A stretch of DNA of 63,752 nucleotides, the filler included, from Conidiobolus incongruus B7586 (Eukaryota), in the NCBI GenBank assembly GCA_000697335.1. It is 10 parts of 10 records of this genome, joined end to end, with 100 filler letters (N's around TTAATTAATTAA, not from the genome) between each part and the next. Parts side by side here need not be neighbours in the genome. Positions count along the whole stretch, not along the records: positions 38,528 to 40,768 come from JNEM01007033.1; positions 40,869 to 42,180 come from JNEM01007035.1; positions 42,281 to 43,487 come from JNEM01007036.1; positions 43,588 to 45,794 come from JNEM01007037.1; positions 45,895 to 49,945 come from JNEM01007039.1; positions 50,046 to 62,499 come from JNEM01007040.1; 4 more parts are not named here. The stretch is one strand, 5' to 3'. The notes under the pieces are model-generated. The model was not told the DNA's origin, did not search any database, and worked only from the letters and a program-made list of their open reading frames with translations. Of this stretch, positions 40,110-52,978 are shown piece by piece. How positions within the stretch are numbered: position 1 is the first letter of the stretch; each line of letters starts with the position of its first letter. Position numbers and translations under genes: made by a program.

Positions 40110-40768
40110 ATAATTTAATTATAATTTAAAACTAAAATAGCTATTATTAAATAAAACTTACTAAAATATTACTAAAAACCTAAGTTTTAATAATAACTAA
40201 TTATAATTAATATATTTTATATTTTAATATATAATCCTTTACCATAATATAAATTAAAATGATAGATTAAATTAAATTAACTCTTTCTATAAATCTTTTT
40301 AAATAGATCTTATATTAGTATATAAATGATAATTATTATAATAAATTATAATGTCATAAATTTTATCTTTTGAAAGGAAATTAACTATTAATAAACTTTA
40401 TATTATTTTTTCAAATAAAATATTTCTAATTGGTATTTTGAATAAAACTTAAGAAAACTTACTATTTTAAATTATAATTTTAAAATATATATATAAATCT
40501 ATAAAGAATTTTTAATTAAAAATAATTGGAAAAAACTATTATAACTAGTTTATTCCTTTAATTATAACCTATGTAATTATAATTGCTTTTGGTAATTATA
40601 AAACTAGCTTACAAAAAAGAAATTTTTTATAAAAAAATTTAATCAATTAATTAAATATTAAATATCAAACTTTAATAAAAATATTATTTTTTAGGTTTTA
40701 AAAGCTTGCTAAAAGTATGACAAGAAGTTATTAATAATAAGGAAAATAATTAAATTTTTATAATATAT
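40110..40768 (+). mobile_element. mariner element 3' half, heavily mutated, directly abutting the Tc1 copy
   Basis: Colinear with 15192-15865, e.g. aataattggaaaaaactattataactagtttattcctttaattataacctatgtaattat. Confidence 0.85.
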
Positions 40769-42280
40769 NNNNNNNNNNNNNNNNNNNNNNNNNNNNNNNN
40801 NNNNNNNNNNNNTTAATTAATTAANNNNNNNNNNNNNNNNNNNNNNNNNNNNNNNNNNNNNNNNNNNNATTATTTCTATTATATAATTTTAAAAATCCAA
40901 ATATAGCCTATTTTCCTGGTTTATTTATTTATTAACAAATTTAAATAAAATATACAAAATATATTTAAACTAATTCAATTATCCTTATATTACCAAAAAC
41001 TAAAATTGATAATAAAATGATAATAATAATTAGTTTTAATTTAAATTTAATCTAATAAAATGATAAATAATTAGATATTTTGAAATTTTAATCATGGTAG
41101 AAAAAAATGCTTAAATAAGCTATTTTAATAATAAACAACTTTTAATTTATTTAATTCTAAAAGTTTTTTAGCCTTTTTGAATTTGAATTAAATGAATATT
41201 AAGAGTAAGTAGGTTTTGTATAAAGTTTAATATTAGCGAAAAATTCAGTTTTATATTTTATTCGATATTGAAGAAATAATTTACTTATAAGCTCAAAAAT
41301 TTTAACAAAATGAACTATACTATTTTATAAAATATCCTTATAAAACATAAATTTATAGAAATTTATAAATTAAGTACAAATGAATAAAAATGTTAAAACA
41401 TATATATCTGTTTAATATTAAAGTCTTTAATATATTATTTATATTAATAATATATATAATAATTAAAATGATTTAATATAAATAAATAATATTAGATAAA
41501 ATATTATATAATAATAAAGATAATAAAAGGCTTTAAAAGATAATTTCATTTTCTTTTTAAAAATAAAAAAACTTATAACTTTTTAAATTAATATCAATTA
41601 GTATGAAACTAGAAAATAAAAAGTAATATTAATTTACTATAAAACTATAGTAAATATATATAAATATAAATTCAATATAATAAAAGGATTTAAAAAATCA
41701 AAATAAATATCTTAATAAAATATTGAATTTTTTTAATTTAAATAATAATTTAATTTAATTTTGAATTATCAATTAATATATATAAAGATAGATTTTAATT
41801 AATAATAGATATAATAATTTATTATAGATATTTTAAATCAATTAATTATCAAAATTATTTAATACAAGAGTAATAATAAAAGTTAGAAAATTAAATTAAT
41901 TAACTAATTAGATATTTTTTTATTTTGATTAATTTATTATAATATATAGTTTTATCAATTATAAGATTAAATATATTGTTGGCTTATTGAAAATTTTAAG
42001 GATTAGAGTAAAATCTATTAATCAAATAAATATAAAAAAATTACAAAAATTATTTAGATATTATTTTAATAAAATAGATAAGTTTTATATTTTTTAATAT
42101 AAAAATATATTAATAAAAAAATTAAAATAATTTTTTTCATAATAAGAATATTATATAATAAATTTATAAATAAACATTAANNNNNNNNNNNNNNNNNNNN
42201 NNNNNNNNNNNNNNNNNNNNNNNNTTAATTAATTAANNNNNNNNNNNNNNNNNNNNNNNNNNNNNNNNNNNNNNNNNNNN

Positions 42281-43487
42281 ATAAAATCAAAAACACTTAT
42301 ATTTTTATTAATAACTTGATTAATATTTAATAAAATAAACCTAAATTAAATAATTAAAATCTATTATACTTATTAATTATATATATCATTAAATAATAAT
42401 ATTTAGCTATTAATTGGTTAAAATATAAATCTTTAAATTTTACTTAAGATGAGTTATAAATTTATAGGTTTTTGGTGATAAAAAAAATTAAAACTTAATA
42501 TATTTACCTTTAGCTTTTTTAATTTCTTTAAGTTTATAGGGTATAGAATCAATTAACTTCTTATATTAAAAAGGGTTAATCTTGTTTTATACTTCTTAAA
42601 TATATTTTTAAAGTTAATTTAAATTTTTTGTTGGGGGGAAAACTTTAATAGTTTTTTTTAACTAATCCTAAAGGTATTTAATTAGATTAATATTAAAAGA
42701 TTAAAAAAGCTATTTCATAACTATTATCTTGTTATTTTTAAGTTATTTGGTAATAGAAGCTATAATATAACAAAAGGTATTATCTTATTAGAAAATAACA
42801 TTAGATTTATTTAACCTGTATTATTTAATGGTTTTTTTCAATTTATTATTTAGAATACTTTAGTATATTTTAATATTAATTCCCCTATTAATTTTATAAA
42901 GATATCTTACACCTAAAAACAATATATTTCCCTAAATAATAATTAACCTACTATTGTACTTTTAGGTAAAATTAACATAATAATTATAAAATAGTTTTGT
43001 ATCTTTTCTAAAATATCTAGTTTTTTTATTAAATTTACTAAAATATATTTTCATTTTATTAAATTAAATAACTTTATTTAAATTAGTTTTAATTTAATAT
43101 TAGTAATAATATTTAAATTTTTACCTAGTTTTATAATAGGATTTTTTTAATTAGGGGTGTTTTTTTTAAAGTATAAATAATATTTAAGTTAATATAAAAC
43201 ATATATAATAATATTAGTGTTAACTAATATTCCTGTATAATCTTATAATTCCTGTTGTATTTCTACAATAATACTATATTTACCTATATTAACTAACCTA
43301 TAAATATACTTTTTATTATATTTATCTATAATTTTAACATACTTAAGTTTAAGTTTAAATATTTCTTTATTATTATTCTTAACAACTTTAATTATAGTAA
43401 ACTAGCTAACATTAGTAATTTTAATAATATTATAAGTTGATTTATCTTTTTTATAAAGTTAATTAATATATAAGTAAATTTTTTTAA
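42281..43487 (-). mobile_element. Tc1-family element, heavily mutated, truncated by gaps at both ends
   Basis: Colinear with 38557-39765, differing almost only by C/T and G/A. Confidence 0.92.
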
Positions 43488-43587
43488 NNNNNNNNNNNNN
43501 NNNNNNNNNNNNNNNNNNNNNNNNNNNNNNNTTAATTAATTAANNNNNNNNNNNNNNNNNNNNNNNNNNNNNNNNNNNNNNNNNNNN

Positions 43588-44862
43588 CTAAGCTAATATT
43601 TTAAAATTAATATTATAATATTTAAATCTCTCTCTAAAAAAGTTTACTTATATATTAATTAACTTTATAATAAAAACAAATCAACTTGTGAGATTACTAG
43701 AATTATTAATGTTAGTTAATTTATTATAGTTAGGGTTATTAAAAATAATGTTAAAGAAATATTTAAACTAAAACTTAAATGTGTTAAAATTATAAAAAAA
43801 CATAATAAAAAGTATATTTATAGATTAATTAATATAGGTAAATATAATATTATTGTAGAAGTATAACAAGAATTACAAAACTATATAAGAATATTAATTA
43901 ATATTAATACTATTATATATACTTTATATTAGAATAGATATTACTTACATTTTAAGAAAAAACACCCTTAACTAAAAAAGTTTTACTATAAAGTTAAATA
44001 AGAGTTTAAATGTTAACACTAAAGTTAAATTAAAATTAACTAAAGTAAAGTTATTTAATTTAATGAAACAAAGATATATCTTAATAAATTTAATAAAAAA
44101 GCTAGATATTTTAAAAAAGATAAAAAACTACTTTATAACTATTATGTTATTATAACCTAAAAATACAATAGTAGGTTAATTATAATTTAGGGATATATAT
44201 TATCTTTAGGTATAAAGTATTTTTATAAGGTTAATAAAAGAATTAATACTGAAATATACTAAAGTATTTTAAATAATAAATTAAAAAAAATTATTGAGTG
44301 GTATAGATTAAAAAAATCAAATATTATTTTCTAACAAGATAATACACCTTGTTATACTATAAATTCTATTATTAAATGGCTTAAAAATAACAAAATAACT
44401 ATTATAAAATAGCCTCCTCAATCTTTTAATTTTAACTTAATTAAATATCTTTAAGATTAACTAAAAAGATTAATTATAGCTTTCCCCCCAGTAAAAAATT
44501 TAGATCAACTTTAAAAGTATATTTAAGAAACTTAGAATAATATTAGTTTTATTTAATATAAGAAACTAGTTGATTTTATACCCTACAAACTTAAAGAAGT
44601 TAAAAAAGCAAAAGATAGATATATTAGATATTAATTTTTCTATCAATACTAAAACCTGCAAATTTATAACTCACTTTAAATATACTTTTAGTATTAATAT
44701 ATCAATTAATAATTAATTAAATTTAATTATATATATTATATTATAAATAAAAAATATATATTAATTACATAGTTTAATATAAGTTTTTTAAATTAGAATT
44801 GATTAAGATATTAATAGAAATATATATATTTTTAATTTTATAACTCATTTTATGGGCTAATG
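43588..44862 (+). mobile_element. Tc1-family element (divergent subfamily), lacking the left end because of a gap
   Basis: Transposase frame from ~43618 is colinear with the other copies (caagataat; tagcctcctcaatct = (W)PPQS). Degenerate right TIR ...TTTTATAACTCATTTTATGGGCTAATG is followed by (TA)n. Confidence 0.9.
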
Positions 44863-47574
44863 TATATATATATGTTTATTTTTATAATACCAGCAATATT
44901 TAACTATATATTTAATTTCTTAATAAATAATTGTGTTTAATTTTGCTTTATTTGAAAGGATTATTAATTAATAGATTCAACTTAATACTTTAGTTATGAC
45001 TTTTTTTGAAAAAAAATTTATAATTATATAAAAATTGATATTTTATTAATATATTATTTATATGATATTACTAAATTTAAGATTTTAATATGTTAATTAA
45101 AAATATTATAAAATTTTTCATATAAAACAATTAATTTTTTTTGATTTACATTATTATATAAAGTTAGATCAAAAAATTTCTATATTTTAAAAATAATTTT
45201 CAATATTATAAAGGTTTATATATTTATTATTAATAGTTGTTTTTTTTTTCAAAAATAATATCAAAGTAATTCTATTATTTGAATATTATTTTTGTTAATA
45301 TAGATTTTTTAAGCAGTTTCCTTTAATTATAAGTAATTTAATATAAGTTCTATAAACGGATAACATTTTTAAAAGCTATAAGACTTAAATTTGCTTATTA
45401 TCTAAGATTTTATCGTTTGAGAATAATAAGTGGTTTATTTTGATAGAGCAAGAAAGAATATAATTAAAGATTATAATTTATTCTGATTAATAAAATAAAG
45501 AATATTTATAAGTCTAAAAAACATTTGTTATTTATTTTATTATTTAATATTAATAAGGTTTAAACTAAATATATTATATAGAAAACCTTAATTTAAGAAA
45601 AATATAATTGATTTAATATAATAAGGAATTTATAAAGGATTCAAAATATATTGATAATTATATTTATATTGAATAATAAAATAAATACTATTGATATTAA
45701 TTATAATATTAACATAAATTTTCTTAAATTTCAGAATAATATAATAAATAATAATAATAAATAAAGAGTAATGATATTAAAAAAATTAATAATANNNNNN
45801 NNNNNNNNNNNNNNNNNNNNNNNNNNNNNNNNNNNNNNTTAATTAATTAANNNNNNNNNNNNNNNNNNNNNNNNNNNNNNNNNNNNNNNNNNNNTAATAT
45901 TAATATATATAATAAATATTGAAATATTGTATTCAATAAATTGATATAGGACATTATGAAATTGGCTTGTAATTTTTTTTATTCTTATAATATTATTTAC
46001 ATTCATGATTATTTAATAGCCATATATAATAAATGATATATAAATACTACAAATTTATAAATAAATTACTATATTTTTAGTGAAAGCATTAATTAAAAAT
46101 ATATTTTTTAACAAAATACTCAAGCAATTGATAAAAGATCAATGAAAGCTTAAAAAAATTACAAATTTGACAATCGCTTGTATATTTATATTATTGAGTT
46201 TAAATCCAGAGACTGGATGTTGAATTTAGTTTTAATAGATTTATACTAAATTGATTAAAACTAAGTATTATGGTTTGAAATTCAATTATATATTAAACGA
46301 ATTATATTTAAAAAACTATGCTATTATTAAGTTTTTAATAGCATATTTTATTTTAAATTCATTGATCAGCATATATTGGAAATTTAATATATTTTGATTG
46401 GTTGTTTGTTTCAGATAATTGGACTTTGCTAGGTACAAATATAGATATATTAACTCGCTTTAACTTATAAAATCCTAAAATTCATATATTTCAGTAATTA
46501 ATTGGATGAATTCTTATGAGTAGTCTAAATTCATGCGGAATTAATTTTTTTAAAGCTTAAATAAATCAATTCAGTTCAATCAAACTATACTTTCAAAATC
46601 CCAAAATTAATTATTTTTGTAATATATTTTGCATTTATTTTTTGTAATTTTTTAATTTATGTAATCAACTTTAATGTAATTTAAATCCAGATTTATTTTA
46701 AACACATATCTTCATATAGATAAACGAGATTGTAGGAATAGAAATGGAGTATTGATATAAAAATAATTGATAGAATATTTTTCGTCAAATCAAAATAATT
46801 GACAGAATTCAATGAATATGAAACAGGAACGATATTTAAAGTATCAATTTATAATTACTAATATTATAAGAAAAAATATTCTATTTTATGAATGTATTAG
46901 TTAATTTCAAAAGAAATTTCTTAATACAATAAAGATTAATTTTAGAAAAAGGATTGTTGAAACAAAACTCAAGTATATCAAGCGAAAAATATATAAATCA
47001 TTGTCAAACATACTTTGGTCCAGTGTTTATATTTGATATTATTCAATATAGATGAGTATACTCAATAATTGATTCACAATCCAAACCAAAAATATTATTC
47101 ATATTTCATTTATTCCATTTAATTAGTATACTATTAATATGTATAAAAATATCAAAATCTTCTTTGAGAATGACTAATATTGCAACTTACTCAGTATAGT
47201 AAAGCTTGAAAGGTGATGCTATTCGACATGTGATTTTTAGTATATAATCAATCAAACTATAGTTGGTTATATCACGAATGATAGATATTGATTTTGATTA
47301 TATATTCAAATTTCAAATAATATTGAATTTGATATGCTATCTATAATTGCAAAATTGTGTTGATTCGTAAACTAGAGCTCACTTTTGTGTTTAATTAAAT
47401 TTAAAAATTATTAAGTCATATCAAAAATAAGTTTCAAATCAAAGCTGTTATATTCAAGTTAATCAGTATGTTGCAAAGATATTTATATACATAAAGAAAC
47501 TTCAAGTGAATTTATAAATTCTATTCTGCTAGTAATAGAGAGAGAGTATTGTTCAAAATCACATCGGACAATAA

Positions 47575-48450
47575 TGAACTTTAACCAACGAGTAATCACT
47601 ATGAAAACCGATACCAATTTCACTTTTCGTCTATGATATTCTCGCTACATCAATCACTTTATCACCAGACTTATTGACTTTGAAATTATCCTGCAAACCT
47701 ACTGGACCTGATTTAAAAATATTGTTTGGCATCTTAGCTTTAGGTTTTATAAACTTTTTAAGCTCTATAACTATTGGATTATCATCATTTATCCATTCTG
47801 AACACTTACTTTCTCATAAATGATTTTGTAATTTAAACGATTTCCACTATATCAGTGGTAAATTTTTATTTATTCCTTGAGTTGGATTAAAGAGCTTGGA
47901 AAAGGATTTATTAATTATTCATGTTATATCACTATCCAGTACCTTTTGAGCCACAATTATATGCTTTGAATTAATCTAATTTTCCATTATTAACATGATC
48001 CCATTTGTTTTTGACGATATTCAATTAGTCAATATTGCTATAGATTGTTCGGTAACTCAAGGAAATTTAATTAGAATGATTTTTCTTTACCCTTGTTTTA
48101 TTTTATTTAGCTTCAATATCATTGTGGTCATATATTCATATATCATTATTGTAATTATGCAGAGCAAACTATCTGGGAAAGATATTCAAGTACTAAATAT
48201 TGATAGAGACCAGACCCTATATCAATCAAATCGCATTATTTTCGGAATATTGCAGCTTTTAGTAATATTTTGGGGGCCAATGGCTTAGAAACCGTCAATA
48301 TAATTATAGTAATTATAAAAGAAGTCGCTTGATCTACCATTGCAGATTTATTTCTAACTTTTTGTTACACTTTAACATCTTTATACACAGTATTTTATTC
48401 GTTCAATTTGATAAGTTAAACAATATTTGATAGAAAATCTGATTTTAGCT
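47575..48450 (+). pseudogene. pseudogene of a rhodopsin-like 7-transmembrane receptor
   Basis: One frame from ~47600 to 48288 reads KPIPISLFVYDILATSITL...DLKILFGILALGFINFLSSITIG...HK*FCNLN...IP*VGLKSLEKDLLIIH...TF*ATIICF...MIPFVF...C...IVVIYSYIII...IFGILQLLVIF. It has successive hydrophobic helices, a pre-TM3 Cys and an SLE(K/R) motif, with in-frame stops at 47602, 47821, 47878, 47947 and 47977. Ends are approximate. Confidence 0.65.
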
Positions 48451-48838
48451 AATTTTTTATCTAAAAATTTGATCATTCAAGTTGAAAGAGATGATCAAAA
48501 TTGATATTGAATTATATTTAAAATTCTAAACAATTATTAAAATTGGAAAATTATATTCACTACTCTATATATATAGATTTCTTTGATTAATACTATTTCC
48601 AATTTATTATTAAAAAATTCATATTTTAAATTGATTATTCCTGATACACTAATTTTAAATAAATATATTATATATATATTGATTATAAAATTCATTGAAT
48701 TGAAAAAACTATATCTAGTATAACTGAGAATTAAATTCAGATTACAAAAATCAGAATTTTTAATGATTACCAATTTATAATAAAACCTCTATTGAAAATT
48801 TTCTTAAATTTTAAATTTAATTTAATTTATTAATATTA

Positions 48839-51133
48839 TTATTATAGAAATTAAAAAATGACAAATTTTTTAAATTTTGATCTTTCAAACATATTATATA
48901 TTTTGAAAAATTATATATATATATATAATATAAGAAAATAAATATTTTCAAACTATATATATCTATATATTCAATTTTAATTATTTTTCTATTAAAATAT
49001 TTTGATTTTAAAATTTACACTTAAATTTAATCATAAACTAGATTATAATTATCAAAAGGCTTTTATTTTTATATTTTTAAAATTTAACCCTAAACCCTCT
49101 AAAATTATTTAAAACTTGTAAACAGCTTAAAAAGATAGTATTTTATTTAAAACTACTATATATCTCTAGATTTGTGATTTTAAAACTAGAAGGGATATTA
49201 TTTAAAATTTACTAAAATCTAAAAAATTAATTTCTATTATTATTCTTTTAATTATTAATAGAGTAAAAAAATATATTAAGAAAAAACCTTTTTATTTTTG
49301 TTAAAGGACTATCAAAATAATATAATATTAATTATATAAGCATGTTATATTTATTTAAGTTTAAATTTGATTAATTAATAAAAATATAAAATAGATACTT
49401 TATAATTTAATTAAAGCTTAAAAAAAACTATAGTAGCTATAACTAAACTAAACTTATTAAGGTATAATTAAAAACAAAGGTTTTTACAATAAATACTTAT
49501 AATTAATAAATCTTAAATTAGTTTATACACTGACCTGCAAAAGTGAGTCATAAAATCAAAAATATATATATTTTAATTAATAACTAAAACAATTGTATAT
49601 ATTAGATTACTTGAAACTATAATATATAATTAAGGTATATTATTTAATAATAAATAAATATATTTAGATATATTTAGTAAACTATTAGCAAAAATATTAA
49701 CCCTTAATATTTAACCAAGGTGAGTCATAAATTTGCGGGTTTTTGAGATAAGGGGATATATTTAACAATATATAACCATATCTTTTTTCTCTCTTTGCTA
49801 TTATTTTATATAATATTTTACAGATATACTAAATTTTTTTTATTAGTATCATTATACCTAAATCCCTCTCTAAAAAAATCCACTTGTGCATCAATCAACT
49901 TTATAAAGAAGGTAAATCAACTCATGATATTGCTAGAATTACTGGNNNNNNNNNNNNNNNNNNNNNNNNNNNNNNNNNNNNNNNNNNNNTTAATTAATTA
50001 ANNNNNNNNNNNNNNNNNNNNNNNNNNNNNNNNNNNNNNNNNNNNTTATGAAGTGGCCTCTTTAATCTCCTAACCTTAATCCAATTGAACACCTTTGGGA
50101 TCAGTTAAAAAAAGCTATTAAAGCTTTCCCCCTAGCAAAAAATTTAGATCAACTTTGGGAATATGTTCAAGAAGCATAGAACAAGATTAACCCTTCCCAG
50201 TGTAAAAAGTTAGTTGATTCTATGCCCCACAGACTTAAAGAAGTTAGAAAAGCTAAAGGTGGATACACTAGGTTTTAATTTTTTTTTATCACCAAAAACC
50301 TGCAAATTTATGACTCACCTTAGGTAAAATTTAAGGGTTTATATTTTAGCCAATTAATAGCTAAATATCCTCATTTAATGATATATATAACTAATAAATA
50401 TAATAGATTTTAATTATTTAATTTTGGTTTATTTTATTAAATATTAATCAAGTTATTAGTAAAAATATAGGTGTTTTTGATTTTATGACTCACTTTTGTA
50501 GGTCAGTGTATAATTCTTTAAAAATAAAACAAGATGTTAGGTTAAGCTAAATTAATCCCCTTTATAAATTCTAATATATAAGTATTTTAAATATAAGTGA
50601 ATGTTAATTATTATAATAGATTATAATGATATATAGTGTTTTATTTAATATCTTAAGAAAAATCAATTAATAGTAAATTATATATTATTTTTTTATTTAA
50701 AACAATTTTTAAATAATGTTTTTAATATAAATTAAAGATATTTATTATTTTATATAATAATTATAAAATATATAAAGTTAAAGCTATAGAAAATTTTTTA
50801 TATAAAAAAAATAGAGGGAGTTACTATATCTAGTATATTTACCTAATTATAACCTATATAATTATAATTGTTTTAGATAATTAAAAAAATAGCTTGCAAG
50901 AAAAAAAATTCCTGCAAACATATTAAATTAGTTCATAAAATATTAAATTTCAGTCTTTAATAAAAAGAACTATTTTTTAAGTATTAGAAGCTTACTAAAA
51001 GTATAGAAAATAGTTATTAATAATAAAAGAGGTTATTAATTTTATATTATTCATTAATTTTTATATATTATTTATTAATTTATTTGTTTAATTTTAATTT
51101 TAAAATTATGCTATTACTTAATTTCTACACTAA
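48839..51133 (+). mobile_element. complete mariner element (~1312 bp without the insert) interrupted by a Tc1 element
   Basis: TA-flanked TIRs (TTATTATAGAAATTAAAAAATGACAAATTTT and AAAATTATGCTATTACTTAATTTCTACACTAA). Segments 48839-49527 and 50511-51133 join to reproduce the 14638-15915 copy. Confidence 0.9.
49528..50508 (+). mobile_element. Tc1-family (DD34E) element, least mutated copy, middle lost in an assembly gap
   Basis: TA target duplication at 49526-27 and 50509-10. 35-bp terminal repeats with 1 mismatch. Reads (M)PKSLSKKIHLCINQLYKEGKSTHDIARITG and MKWPL*SPNLNPIEHLWDQLK...VDSMPHRLKEVRKAKGGYTRF. Confidence 0.95.
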
Positions 51134-52978
51134 TATTAATTATAAATCTAATATTAATATAAATAAAATCACTCTTATTAACATATAATTATGAAATCAT
51201 TAAAAATAATAAAAAAAATTGTATTGAAAATATAATTTAAAATAATATTTATATTTTTGGAATTATTAGAATATTAAAATTCTGAAATATATTAAAAATA
51301 TTTTATTTATAATATTAATTTAAGTCATCATTATTAAAGATTGAATTAATATTGATCAAAGTATATAATTAATTTATTTTAGTCTTTTTTTTCAAAATCT
51401 GGAAAACATTATAGAATATTGATTCCTTGACCCAAATTAGTAAATTAACTAGATTTGGATTAATCTGAAAATTGGTATAGTTTATTATATTAGCTATATC
51501 CAAATATATACAATATTTAACTCTTAAAAATATCCAATTAAAATAAATTAACACATATTTATATTTATATATATCAGATATTAAATAATTTAATAATTTA
51601 ATAATAAAATTATAATTATTATTCTAACAATCTGAAATTGAATTAATTTTTGAAAAAGTATTAATAGAATATTGATTTAATTGATTGTTTTTTGCGTTTC
51701 AATATTATGGTCCTTTTAAAATGTTATAAATTATCATATATATTCGTTAATATTAAATTAAATTTCATTTTATTTATAAAAATTATAAGAATTTTAATAT
51801 TGAATTTAACACTTACCATATTGTTGAATATTAAGGGTGTTCATTAATGATTATTATTCTAATTTTTCAAACTAAGAAAATTTTAATGTTATAGTTAAAT
51901 ATTGAACTTGAAGCCTAAGGGGTAATCAAGGAGAATAATAAAATCTTGAAAAGTTATCAAGTAAGCCCATTTATTCATGCATATTTTAAAATTTGAACCA
52001 GATTCAGGGAATTTTATATTAAAATTAACATTCTATAAGATAATAGTAATTATATTATCAAAGGTAGATTGTGAATCAAATCTTACTGATATATTAAAAA
52101 TCTAGAACATATACGTATACTGATTAATCAACTTCTACTTGATTCAACTAAGATTTTCTTCAATTTAAAATCATTGAATCAATTTATAAGATTAACGGTT
52201 ATAAAGATCATAATTTGGAATATCACATTAATTGAAATTATCAACTAGAATTATAAAAACAAATAATCTTATCATTATTGTATAATAAAATAATTCTTCT
52301 TTAGCTTTTAAAAATCTTTTAATTATCAATATATTGCTATATATTCTATTAAAATACTTACGATAACAATATTTCAATAACTGATTCATACCACTTAATA
52401 CAAAACAAAAACAGTACCCAAATCCAATACAGCACCCAAACCATAACATATTAAATTATGAAACCCTTGATAAACTATGAAAAACCAAATAATCTTGGCA
52501 GGATTGTCAAATTCTACCCCAGTAGAGGATAACTTTAGTAATCAATATAGAATAATCTATTAGAAAATGAACCTCATTCAATATTTGTAAATTATATTAA
52601 CAATAATAAAAAAATTCAGAACTGAGGGTAATTAAGAAATAATTAAAAAAATATGAGATGATAAAAAATAATGCAACAGTTTTAATAAATATTTTTATTA
52701 AAGTTTTTAAGAGTAATCTAAAGAGAAGGTAAATTGTTATTTATTTATTGTTATTATTTTTATTATTAAAAACCCTGATATTAATGAAATGTTATAATTT
52801 ATAGAAATGATAAGGAGTAAAAATTGTAAAACAAAACTCTTATTTCAAAAAAGGAGTCTTAATTAGATTAAAAAACAGATTTAATTTATTAATTAAAACA
52901 TTTTTATTTTAATTATTATTATTATTACTATTATTATCATTACTGCTGTTAGAGGAACTATTAACATTAAAAGAAAAA

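Noticed and set aside
45360..45600. KW...IIIYSD**NKEYL*V*KHL, reminiscent of Ty3/Gypsy RNase H (TDH.NL.YL)
   Set aside because: Too degraded; no RT, integrase or LTR support visible.
47602..47949. TGA=Trp alternative genetic code or mitochondrial insert
   Set aside because: TGA is a genuine stop at 52979, TGG is used throughout, and the same frame also has TAA/TAG stops.
632..51554. Short I/N/K/F/Y-rich ORFs at 632, 11537, 13575, 25626, 48537, 49795, 51369
   Set aside because: Composition expected by chance in very AT-rich DNA; 49795 is an off-frame reading of the Tc1 end running into Ns.
52228..52580. GC-richer patch with hydrophobic minus-strand translations
   Set aside because: May be a membrane-protein relic, but no frame gives an identifiable family.
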